20,387 bases of DNA from Myxococcota bacterium (GCA_036229005.1 JAZAMN010000023.1:1-20387), one strand, 5' to 3'; numbered from the stretch's first letter, positions 1-6,730 are shown. Translations and numbers: made by a program. Notes: generated from the letters alone by a model not told the origin.

Positions 1-491
1 CAGAGCTTTAGGCCCCGTTTGAGCTCAATCGGACAAGGTTGGGGCAACCCATGAATCTGCAGGGGTGGGCCTACGGATGCCAGATGGTACGGGAAGGTGC
101 GAGAGAGTGGGTGGGGCCGCCCGTTGGGGTAGAAGAAGCCGCTGGGGAGCCAGGGAGCCGCGCTCGAAGTGGAGTTGTCGCAGCGACGCGGTGGGATTGC
201 CGCTGCCGCATGAGCCCGGATGCTCAACCCCGGCGGCAGGTGTAGCGAGGCGTTCAATGGGAGCCGCGTTCGAGTGGGGGCGGACCCGGCAGTTTTCCCC
301 TTCGACTTCGAGGACACCGCTGGTTTGCTATCTGCGGTCCCTGTCGATGACGGCTGCGGGGGCCTGGCTGCACGGGCGCCTGCAGTGCGCAGGAATCGCC
401 AACCACGCGGAACACACCCAGGACAGGTCAATTGCGACGACACCCGGCAGCCCAAGAGGTCGGCCCGATGCACGATGCGAAGGCCCATCGC

Positions 492-565
492 GCACAACGT
501 TCAGGCGGAGACGCCGTCGTCGGAGGCCGGAGGCCGGAGCGATGGCGTTTCCCGCCCCGTTAGGT
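492..565 (-). repeat. attC-like recombination site, copy 1
   Basis: GCACAAC-GTTCAGGCGGAGACGCCGTCGTCGGAGGCCGGAGGCCGGAGCGATGGCGTTTCCCGCCCC-GTTAGGT; imperfect palindrome bounded by AAC (496-498) and GTT (559-561). Confidence 0.88.
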
Positions 566-611
566 GTCGGAGCGCCGACTACGGGCGGGTGTGTCAGGTC
601 GGGCTGTTTGT

Positions 612-1631
612 CTATAGGCTCCTGGGATTTGCGAATGCCAAGATCTTCTTCACACGGGAGACAACTGACTCCGGGAACGTGTCGGAGACATCGATTCCAT
701 CGGCGAAAACTATGTTTCCATTCTCGCCTGAGATGATGGCGGGTTCGGTCAGTGCGTGGGCAGCCATAGCCAACTGCTCGCGCGAACACTCGTCCACTTG
801 GAGGTACCGGTCCTGGCCACTCCCCCATCCACTATCGAAGAGGCCTTCCGAGTGTAGGTGCCAGAGGTTGACACTGACCAAGTCGGGAATTGGGGGCAAG
901 TCGGCAAGCCGAATCGGCCTGCCTGAGAGGACCAAGAGCTGTCGAGTACCTGAAAGTCCGCTCAAAATGCTGAGGTTTGGAGTTGTCGGATTCCTGACTT
1001 CGACAGACTTGGCGCGTACGTCGGCCGTCGACATCGAGTTTGAGGTCCAGATCTTCAGTGTCTCTACTTCCACGTCGGCTAGACCACCTCCGTAGGAAGA
1101 TAGGTGGAGTTCTGGGAGAGAGAACCCGGACAATGGCGCCCCGCGTGGCCGTGCCTGAGAAACGCACAGCGACCGAAGAGGCAGCCGCCCTGCTATGCTT
1201 CGCAGCTGGGAGACCCGTGGCTCGGCCAAGGTCATTTCCTCAATGTGCTTGGCATCGGACAGCCAGGAAAGCTCTCGGGATGACCCGATCAGTACAATTT
1301 TCCCCACGTTGGCGTGGGCAAGGTAGTCCAGTGCACACATTTTGTCGTGGATAGTAAGGCATTTGACTTGTAGCCCGTCAAGCCAGTTGAGATCTGACAG
1401 GCCGGAGCCCTCCGGCACCCAGATGTCAACGCCACCTTCTGCGGAGGGCAGGTCGGTCAGGACAGGCTCGGCATGCTCTTTGCCCCGCGCGGTGGCAGTC
1501 AGTAGGCCTATACCGTTGGGGTCTGATAGTCGGACGGCATTGTGCATGGGCGCTGGAACTCTGATGTTCGAGGAGCATGGAGAGTAGTGTGGTTCTCGGC
1601 CAGCAACCATTGAATTGAGGCGCTCTGACAC
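612..1631 (-). CDS. Cassette protein with degenerate leucine-rich-repeat-like periodicity; start uncertain (GTG 1631, ATG 1610 or later)
   Basis: 339-aa ORF filling the interval between repeats 1 and 2. Recurring LxxL.xLxxLxL-like segments (LSDLNWLDGLQVKCLTI, LSWLSDAKHIEEMTL, LSILSGLSGTRQLLVL, LADLPPIPDLVSVNL). Confidence 0.55.
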   Translation of the reverse strand: MSERLNSMVAGREPHYSPCSSNIRVPAPMHNAVRLSDPNGIGLLTATARGKEHAEPVLTDLPSAEGGVDIWVPEGSGLSDLNWLDGLQVKCLTIHDKMCALDYLAHANVGKIVLIGSSRELSWLSDAKHIEEMTLAEPRVSQLRSIAGRLPLRSLCVSQARPRGAPLSGFSLPELHLSSYGGGLADVEVETLKIWTSNSMSTADVRAKSVEVRNPTTPNLSILSGLSGTRQLLVLSGRPIRLADLPPIPDLVSVNLWHLHSEGLFDSGWGSGQDRYLQVDECSREQLAMAAHALTEPAIISGENGNIVFADGIDVSDTFPESVVSRVKKILAFANPRSL

Positions 1632-1704
1632 CTAACGTTCTAGGCGGAGACGCCGTCGTCGGAGGCCGCAGGCCGGAGCGATGGCGTTTCCCGCCCCGTT
1701 ATGG
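1630..1704 (-). repeat. attC-like recombination site, copy 2
   Basis: ACCTAAC-GTTCTAGGCGGAGACGCCGTCGTCGGAGGCCGCAGGCCGGAGCGATGGCGTTTCCCGCCCC-GTTATGG; AAC 1634-1636, GTT 1698-1700. Confidence 0.88.
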
Positions 1705-1728
1705 GCAGCCGACCCGACCTTGGAAGGA

Positions 1729-1766
1729 TTGTCCAACTTGACCAACAAGTTGAGTGTGGGTAGGGT
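1729..1766 (+). promoter_or_regulatory. Putative sigma70-type promoter with overlapping operator for the TA operon
   Basis: TTGACC (1738-1743), 17 nt spacer, TAGGGT (1761-1766). The palindrome CAACTTG-N5-CAAGTTG (1734-1752) overlaps the -35 box. An AGGAGG RBS precedes the start at 1784. Confidence 0.55.
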
Positions 1767-1783
1767 CTTCCAAGGAGGTCGTG

Positions 1784-2071
1784 ATGACCAAGACTCTTTC
1801 AGCCGCCATTGCCAAGGCTCAGTTCAGCGATTGCCTTCGCGAAGTGGAGCAGGGGGGCGAGGTGTTGATCACGCGCTACGGCCGTCCTGTAGCAGTTCTT
1901 GTATCAATGGAGGAGCTCGACCAACTTCGTCGATTGCGGGCGGCGTCCCCGATGGAGGGTCTTGCAGGACTGCTGGGCCAGGTGCCCGACGGTGACGAGT
2001 ATGCGGAGTCCCTGGATGCGGTGGTTGCCGAGCGCTCGGTCGGTCGTACTGTGGCGCCCGTGGAGGACTGA
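1784..2071 (+). CDS. Phd/YefM family type II antitoxin
   Basis: MTKTLSAAIAKAQFSDCLREVEQGGEVLITRYGRPVAVLVS is a typical Phd/YefM N-terminal motif; AGGAGG RBS upstream; lies directly before a PIN toxin. Confidence 0.9.
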   Translation: MTKTLSAAIAKAQFSDCLREVEQGGEVLITRYGRPVAVLVSMEELDQLRRLRAASPMEGLAGLLGQVPDGDEYAESLDAVVAERSVGRTVAPVED

Positions 2072-2076
2072 GCTCC

Positions 2077-2493
2077 ATGGCCTTCCTGTTGGACACCAAT
2101 GCCATCTCCGAGGTCCTGCGGTCCAGGCCCAATGCCGAGTTCTCCAAGTGGCTGATGGAGCTCCCGCGCGCTGAGCAGTTCACCAGCAGTGTCGTGGCCG
2201 GCGAGTTGCTGTATGGAGCGCTTCGGAGTTCAAAGCCAGACCGATTCGTCCAGCTCTACGAACACCAAGTGTTGCCCAGGCTGACGGTGCTGCCGTTTGA
2301 TCTCGACTGCGCGCGAGTGTATGCCTCGGTTCGGGCTGAGCTCAGCTCCAAGGGCCAGCCCATTGAGGATGCCGACTTGATGATTGCAGCAACCGCGCTC
2401 CATCATCGGCTGACCGTGGTGACTGCCAATGTTCGGCACTTCGGGCGGGTTCCCGGACTCCGGGTTCGGACATTCAAGCCAGGTTCCCAGTAG
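2077..2493 (+). CDS. vapC: VapC family PIN-domain toxin
   Basis: FLLDTNAISE ... GELLYGA ... DADLMIAATALHHRLTVVTANVRHFGRVPGL; conserved PIN acidic residues; 138 aa; 5 nt after the antitoxin. Confidence 0.93.
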   Translation: MAFLLDTNAISEVLRSRPNAEFSKWLMELPRAEQFTSSVVAGELLYGALRSSKPDRFVQLYEHQVLPRLTVLPFDLDCARVYASVRAELSSKGQPIEDADLMIAATALHHRLTVVTANVRHFGRVPGLRVRTFKPGSQ

Positions 2494-2689
2494 ACCGGAG
2501 ACTGGGGTATTGCTATGAGCTTGCTGACCAGATCGAATGCCTGCGCAGGCTGTTCCAGTCGAGCGATCTCAGAAGTACCAAGATTGCCGCGGGTACGTGC
2601 ATTGTCCGCATAGCCGGCCACCCTGAGAAGCCTTGAGTGCCAGGGTGCTCGTGCTTCGTCTACCAGCCGTCGATTTGAGGGTCGGTTGC

Positions 2690-2763
2690 CCATAACGTTT
2701 AGGCGGAGACGCCGTCGTCGGAGGCCGCAGGCCGGAGCGATGGCGTTTCCCGCCCCGTTAGTT
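2690..2763 (-). repeat. attC-like recombination site, copy 3
   Basis: CCATAAC-GTTTAGGCGGAGACGCCGTCGTCGGAGGCCGCAGGCCGGAGCGATGGCGTTTCCCGCCCC-GTTAGTT; AAC 2694-2696, GTT 2757-2759. Confidence 0.88.
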
Positions 2764-2866
2764 GAAGTGGCCCGGCGTCCGGCGCCCACCTGCCTGACGG
2801 CCGGGCCAAAGCCTCTTTCGTGGGAGGACTCATATGCTGCGACGAGAGAGAAGTTGAAGGGGGGGC

Positions 2867-3700
2867 CTACAAGGCCTGACCAATAAGGGTGTAGCCGGCA
2901 CTGTTGTACATGAGGGATGTGATTCTGAACCCGTCGGCGCACATGTCTTGCACCGCTGTTGAGAGCTCGCTGCCAGAGGCCTGAACGACGGCTCCTGCAT
3001 AGCTGGCATCTTGGTCAGCTCGTTGACCTACTAGCGTGTATCCAGCGGAAGTCGCAGTCGCGGATGTGATGACGAAGCCATTCGCGCTCATCGCGTCCAC
3101 AGTGTCCGCGAGATCCGATCCACCGGGCTGCTCGATGGTGGAGTCCAGATCCCCCTCATCACCCTGTCCGAAGAGAGTGTAGCCGGAGGAGTTGAAGACC
3201 AGGCTCTGAACTACCTGACCGTTGCTGGACATGTCAGCAACAGCCGCCGCCAGGTCTGAACCTGCCACTTGGTCTACTGCTGAGGACCCGGTCAAGGCCC
3301 CAGATTGACCGACAAGAGTGTATCCAGCCGTGTTGAACATCACTTCACCGACGACAAGCCCGGAGCTGTCCATTGAGCTCAGGGTCCCAGCCAGTTCGGA
3401 GCCTGCTACCTGCTGAACGTCGTCAGCTGAGATACCCGACCGGGCATCCTGGGCAAGGAGAGTGTATCCAGCATCATTGGCGACGGCCGCGATTACACGC
3501 TTGTCGCTGGAAGTGAATGTCCCGATCTGCGCAGCGATCTCAGCGCCAGAGACCTGGCTGATGGAGCATCCGCCGTCGACCTTCACCCCGGTCCAGGATG
3601 CCAAGTCGGGGGTTTCGTTGTCCTGGTTGTTGTTTCCGCTGCCGTCAAGTCGGTCGCCAACGAAGCAGCCTTGCAAGGCAATGAGCAGTAGGTAGGTCAT
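2867..3700 (-). CDS. Predicted lipoprotein with five ~48-aa tandem repeats
   Basis: Short signal peptide with lipobox-like LQGC; five units of the form QxxGS(E/D)LxxxxxxMxxxGxxxxxxxxNxAGYTLxGQ. Confidence 0.8.
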   Translation of the reverse strand: MTYLLLIALQGCFVGDRLDGSGNNNQDNETPDLASWTGVKVDGGCSISQVSGAEIAAQIGTFTSSDKRVIAAVANDAGYTLLAQDARSGISADDVQQVAGSELAGTLSSMDSSGLVVGEVMFNTAGYTLVGQSGALTGSSAVDQVAGSDLAAAVADMSSNGQVVQSLVFNSSGYTLFGQGDEGDLDSTIEQPGGSDLADTVDAMSANGFVITSATATSAGYTLVGQRADQDASYAGAVVQASGSELSTAVQDMCADGFRITSLMYNSAGYTLIGQAL

Positions 3701-3904
3701 CTGGTACGCCCTTGTTGAGTCATGGAGTCGTGGGGCTTCGTTCGACTAGAGACCACTGCCCGGTTCGGAGGGGTGGACTTGGCCCCCCAAAGCTCTACCG
3801 GACACTCGCTGGTCAGTTGAAGCCCTGAGGCAATAGCTTGTATTGGGAGGTCGATCCAGAGATCTGGACGCCTGACCAGGAGACATGGCGAGCCGGGTCA
3901 TTTC

Positions 3905-3978
3905 AACTAACGTTTAGGCGGAGACGCCGTCGTCGGAGGCCGCAGGCCGGAGCGATGGCGTTTCCCGCCCCGTTCTAC
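3905..3978 (-). repeat. attC-like recombination site, copy 4
   Basis: AACTAAC-GTTTAGGCGGAGACGCCGTCGTCGGAGGCCGCAGGCCGGAGCGATGGCGTTTCCCGCCCC-GTTCTAC; AAC 3909-3911, GTT 3972-3974; core identical to copy 3. Confidence 0.88.
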
Positions 3979-4016
3979 GTCGGCCGCGACCGCAGAGGAT
4001 AGTATCTCCCAAACGA

Positions 4017-5126
4017 GTGGAGTTGCTCTTGGCGAATCTCGGAAACATGGGGGAGAGCTTCTTCAACCACCTGTGCGATGAAGCGGGCCTGACACCGAAT
4101 CCTGTGAGACGGGATGCGACAGGCTGGGATTTCTTGGTCGAGATTCAACGCGGGATGGCGCCTCAGGGGGTGGACCTATGCCCTGAAACCTCGGCGCCGC
4201 TCGTGACCTGCCGGGTCCAGGTCAAGGCCACACATCGGAGTGAGAACCACGTTGATGGAATCTCGCTCGAGAACTGGCGTCGGCTCGCGATCGGCGAGTT
4301 GCCCGCGTTCTTTGTTGTACTCAGATACGAAGGCCTTCGCCCTGCCAGTGCCTACGTGATTCATGTAGGCCCCGAGCAGTGCAGGATCGTCCAGGAGCGA
4401 CTCCGAAAGGCGGCCGCGGAGAAGAATCCGAGCCTCCGTCGGAGGACTTTGCGCCTCAAGTGGGGTGAAGGGGACGCTCTTCCTGAAGTGAGCGGCGCCT
4501 GCTTGAAGGAACGGCTGGTTGGGGATGTTGGGGACCCGTCGACGTACGGCGCGCGGAAGAAGAAGTGGAATCAGGAAGCTGACTCGACCGTCACCCAGAT
4601 GCGGTTCTCGATAGACAGTGACAGTCTCGGAGCATCCGGGGCCGGAGAGTTCTTTCGGGCCATTGAGGAGCTGGCGCTCGGCATTCGCGAGTCTCTTCCG
4701 GTGACAGTCGCTGAGGTTTCATCGACCAGGCACGGGGTCACGCTGGTTCATCCGCAGACACCAGAGGGGGGCTTCGGCGGCGGGGCCAGGCTTTCTCTCT
4801 CGAACGGGCCACCAAAGGTGAATATGGAGGTGGAGTTCTGCAATCCGAGAGGGACGGTTAGGGCCACTTTCGTCTGGGACGCCATCATCCCCGTCGGCGT
4901 GTTCCCGTTCCTCCCCCATGAGCAGGCACGTGTTCGATACCTAATCGAGGGGGTCGAGTGTGTTCACTCCTTGGGAACCGGAAAGTTTGACCTTGTATTT
5001 CTGCCTGGATTCTTCGGCAGCGTGAGACCGGTCGCTGAGTGGTGGGAATGGATGAAGCTCCTGCGGCTGGTCGAAGAGGGCGCAGTGGAGTTCACCGCGC
5101 GCCCGCCTGAAGGGCTGCCACTCTGA
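4017..5126 (+). CDS. DUF4365-like PD-(D/E)XK nuclease domain protein, N-terminal part of a probably interrupted gene (alternative start TTG 4029)
   Basis: LGNMGESFF ... DATGWDFLVE ... RVQVKAT ... PAFFVVL fits the E...D...(Q/E)xK restriction-endonuclease-fold pattern; family assignment from motif recognition only. Confidence 0.65.
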   Translation: MELLLANLGNMGESFFNHLCDEAGLTPNPVRRDATGWDFLVEIQRGMAPQGVDLCPETSAPLVTCRVQVKATHRSENHVDGISLENWRRLAIGELPAFFVVLRYEGLRPASAYVIHVGPEQCRIVQERLRKAAAEKNPSLRRRTLRLKWGEGDALPEVSGACLKERLVGDVGDPSTYGARKKKWNQEADSTVTQMRFSIDSDSLGASGAGEFFRAIEELALGIRESLPVTVAEVSSTRHGVTLVHPQTPEGGFGGGARLSLSNGPPKVNMEVEFCNPRGTVRATFVWDAIIPVGVFPFLPHEQARVRYLIEGVECVHSLGTGKFDLVFLPGFFGSVRPVAEWWEWMKLLRLVEEGAVEFTARPPEGLPL

Positions 5127-5192
5127 GGCCGGTGGGAGGCCGTAGAGTTTGAGGGTGACCTCCGAGGACTCGCTGGCGAGGGGTACATAGCT

Positions 5193-5645
5193 GTGCAGGC
5201 GGCGCGTGATGTTCTTCACGACTTCGAGCTCCCGCTGAACATCGCAGTTGATCTAAGCGATTTGACTCGACAGACTGAACGGCTTCGGCTGGTCCGAGGG
5301 CTTCTTCAGGCCCAGCGCGTGGGATTGAAGATGCAGGTGAGCATCCAGATTCCGAGTGAAGCTGAGACTCCTAGGGAACTCGGGCATGGAGCTGTCGCTG
5401 CGGTTCGCGTAGGAGACCGGGTGCTCTTGATCGGGGCAGCGCTTGGCGGCGAGGTCGACGAGGTGGGGCGTGAAGGTGTTTGGACTCGGGTGGAGTGGGC
5501 GAGACCAGAGGTTGTCGTGGTGTACCGGAAAGTGTGTGACAGCGAGGAATTCCGCCAAGCTATGGTCGAGTGCGCGTACGAGCGCATCGTTGAGCACCTA
5601 GAAGACCTGCCGTACGACTATGTTGATCCAAGGCTGAGCGGCTGA
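5193..5645 (+). CDS. Hypothetical protein; in-frame C-terminal continuation of 4017..5126 beyond a single TGA
   Basis: Same frame as 4017 (offset 1176 nt); 5127-5192 is stop-free (GRWEAVEFEGDLRGLAGEGYIA); stop at 5643-5645 lies inside the cassette terminal repeat. Confidence 0.55.
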   Translation: MQAARDVLHDFELPLNIAVDLSDLTRQTERLRLVRGLLQAQRVGLKMQVSIQIPSEAETPRELGHGAVAAVRVGDRVLLIGAALGGEVDEVGREGVWTRVEWARPEVVVVYRKVCDSEEFRQAMVECAYERIVEHLEDLPYDYVDPRLSG

Positions 5646-5690
5646 CGTAGAACGTCCGCCTAGACGCCCCTCAGGGTTTTGTGCGCTGTC
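5638..5690 (-). other. Candidate attI-like primary integration site (crossover near AAC 5651-5653)
   Basis: The terminal repeat of the last cassette ends in AAC at 5651-5653 but is followed by unique sequence (GTCCGCCTAGACGCCCC) instead of the attC core; ~150 bp upstream of the recombinase start. Confidence 0.65.
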
Positions 5691-5806
5691 GAATGTTTGA
5701 CACCCCTCACCGGGGGGAGGCCGGGGGGATGTCGATGAGATGGGGGTTCTGGGGTTGGCCTGGGTCTTGCTACGCGAGGAGGTGCGTTGCGAAAGGAGGG
5801 TGTGCT

Positions 5807-6643
5807 GTGGAGAAGGTGCTGTCTGAAGGGCTGTTTGAGCGGTATCGGCAGGAATTGCGTTTACGCGGGTATATGCCGCGGACGGTGGACACCTATGTGA
5901 GCTGCCTGAGGAGCTATGTGCGGTGGTTGGGGGTGGCGGTGATTCCCAGGGAGGTGGCGGAGGACACGCCTCGGAACTTCCTGATGGGCCTGGTGGAGAC
6001 GGGGGCGTCCCGCTCGCTGTTGGATCAGATGATCTCGGCGCTGAACTTTCTGTACGTGGAGCTGTACGGATGGGAAAAGGACGCGCTGGACATGCCCCGG
6101 CCGAAACGGAGGCAGACGCTGCCAGTGGTCCCGACCCGCGATGAGGTGCTGAGGCTGGCAGAGGCCTGCCAGAACCGAAAGCACCGGGCGGCTGTGCTGC
6201 TGACCTACGCCTGCGGGTTGCGGGTGTCCGAGCTGGTGGGGCTCCGAGTGGGGGACGTGGAGCCCGATGAGCTGCTGGTGCGCGTGCGCTGCGGAAAGGG
6301 GGGAAAGGACAGGGTCACGATCCTGGCCGAGAGCCTGGTCCCCGAGGTGGAGTGGCTGTCGGCCGGGAAGACGCAGGTGGACTTCCTGATCCACTCAGCC
6401 AGAGGAGGGCAGTGGTCGACCCGCTCGATGCAGGCGGTGATGGCCAGAGCTCGCATCGAAGCAGGGCTGCACAAGCGGGTGACGCCCCACTCATTGCGCC
6501 ACGCGTTCGCCACGCACCTGCTCGAGCAAGGGACGGACCTGCGCGTGATCCAGGTGATGCTCGGTCACAACCACATCGCCACGACGACCCGGTACACGCA
6601 CGTGGTCAGCCCGGCGAAGGTGAGGGTGCGGTCGCCGCTCTGA
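5807..6643 (+). CDS. Tyrosine recombinase/integrase, IntI-like but lacking the IntI-specific insertion
   Basis: GTG start after AAAGGAGG; N-terminal SAM-like domain (LRLRGYMPRTVDTY); catalytic R (GLRVSE), K (GKGGKDR), HxxR (HSLRH), H (LGH) and Y (TRYTH) present; C-terminal VRSPL; 278 aa. Confidence 0.93.
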   Translation: MEKVLSEGLFERYRQELRLRGYMPRTVDTYVSCLRSYVRWLGVAVIPREVAEDTPRNFLMGLVETGASRSLLDQMISALNFLYVELYGWEKDALDMPRPKRRQTLPVVPTRDEVLRLAEACQNRKHRAAVLLTYACGLRVSELVGLRVGDVEPDELLVRVRCGKGGKDRVTILAESLVPEVEWLSAGKTQVDFLIHSARGGQWSTRSMQAVMARARIEAGLHKRVTPHSLRHAFATHLLEQGTDLRVIQVMLGHNHIATTTRYTHVVSPAKVRVRSPL

Positions 6644-6654
6644 GGCGAGTGTGC

Positions 6655-6730
6655 TTAGGCGCAGGGATTGCGGGATGCGGGTTTAGGGCGCGGGGATTGC
6701 GGGATGCGTGGGAAGTGCGCATTGCGGGAT
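6655..6730. repeat. Short direct repeats downstream of the integrase
   Basis: GGGATTGCGGGATGCG at 6664-6679 and 6693-6708, each preceded by TTAG(G)GCGC(A/G); partial ATTGCGGGAT at 6721-6730. Confidence 0.7.

Larger units (their letters stand above)
1..6643. mobile_element. Integron-like cassette array (4 complete cassettes plus 1 partial) with adjacent tyrosine recombinase; continues beyond the left edge
   Basis: Four near-identical AAC...GTT hairpin repeats spaced 1138, 1060 and 1215 bp apart, with the last 1742 bp from the attI-like junction. Each interval holds 1-2 unrelated ORFs. The recombinase gene lies next to the last junction and points away from the array. The array looks less GC-rich by eye than the genes after 7200. 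Confidence 0.9.

Noticed and set aside
65..2942. ORFs crossing the repeats (65..736, 220..1095, 328..828, 1681..1995, 2403..2942, 2686..2886) sharing RRRRRR/MAFPAPL peptides
   Set aside because: The shared peptides are just translations of the DNA repeat; these ORFs cross cassette boundaries or shadow real genes.
496..3974. Repeats as a CRISPR array
   Set aside because: Repeats are 66-67 bp, the intervals are over 1 kb and contain genes, and there are no cas genes.
5124..5126. Selenocysteine recoding of the in-frame TGA
   Set aside because: No redox-motif context and no recognisable SECIS hairpin; a nonsense change or sequence error is simpler.
559..5653. Cassette terminal inverted repeats as IS/MITE ends
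   Set aside because: No transposase and no target-site duplications; the repeats differ per cassette and always abut the same hairpin core at GTT/AAC.
5681..5806. N-terminal extension of the recombinase ORF and TTGACA at 5697-5702 as its promoter
   Set aside because: A strong RBS supports GTG 5807; there is no -10-like hexamer at proper spacing from the TTGACA.
5807..6643. Calling the recombinase xerC/xerD or intI
   Set aside because: It lacks the IntI insertion, while its N-terminal domain, SPL C-terminus and context are not those of housekeeping Xer proteins; no symbol assigned.
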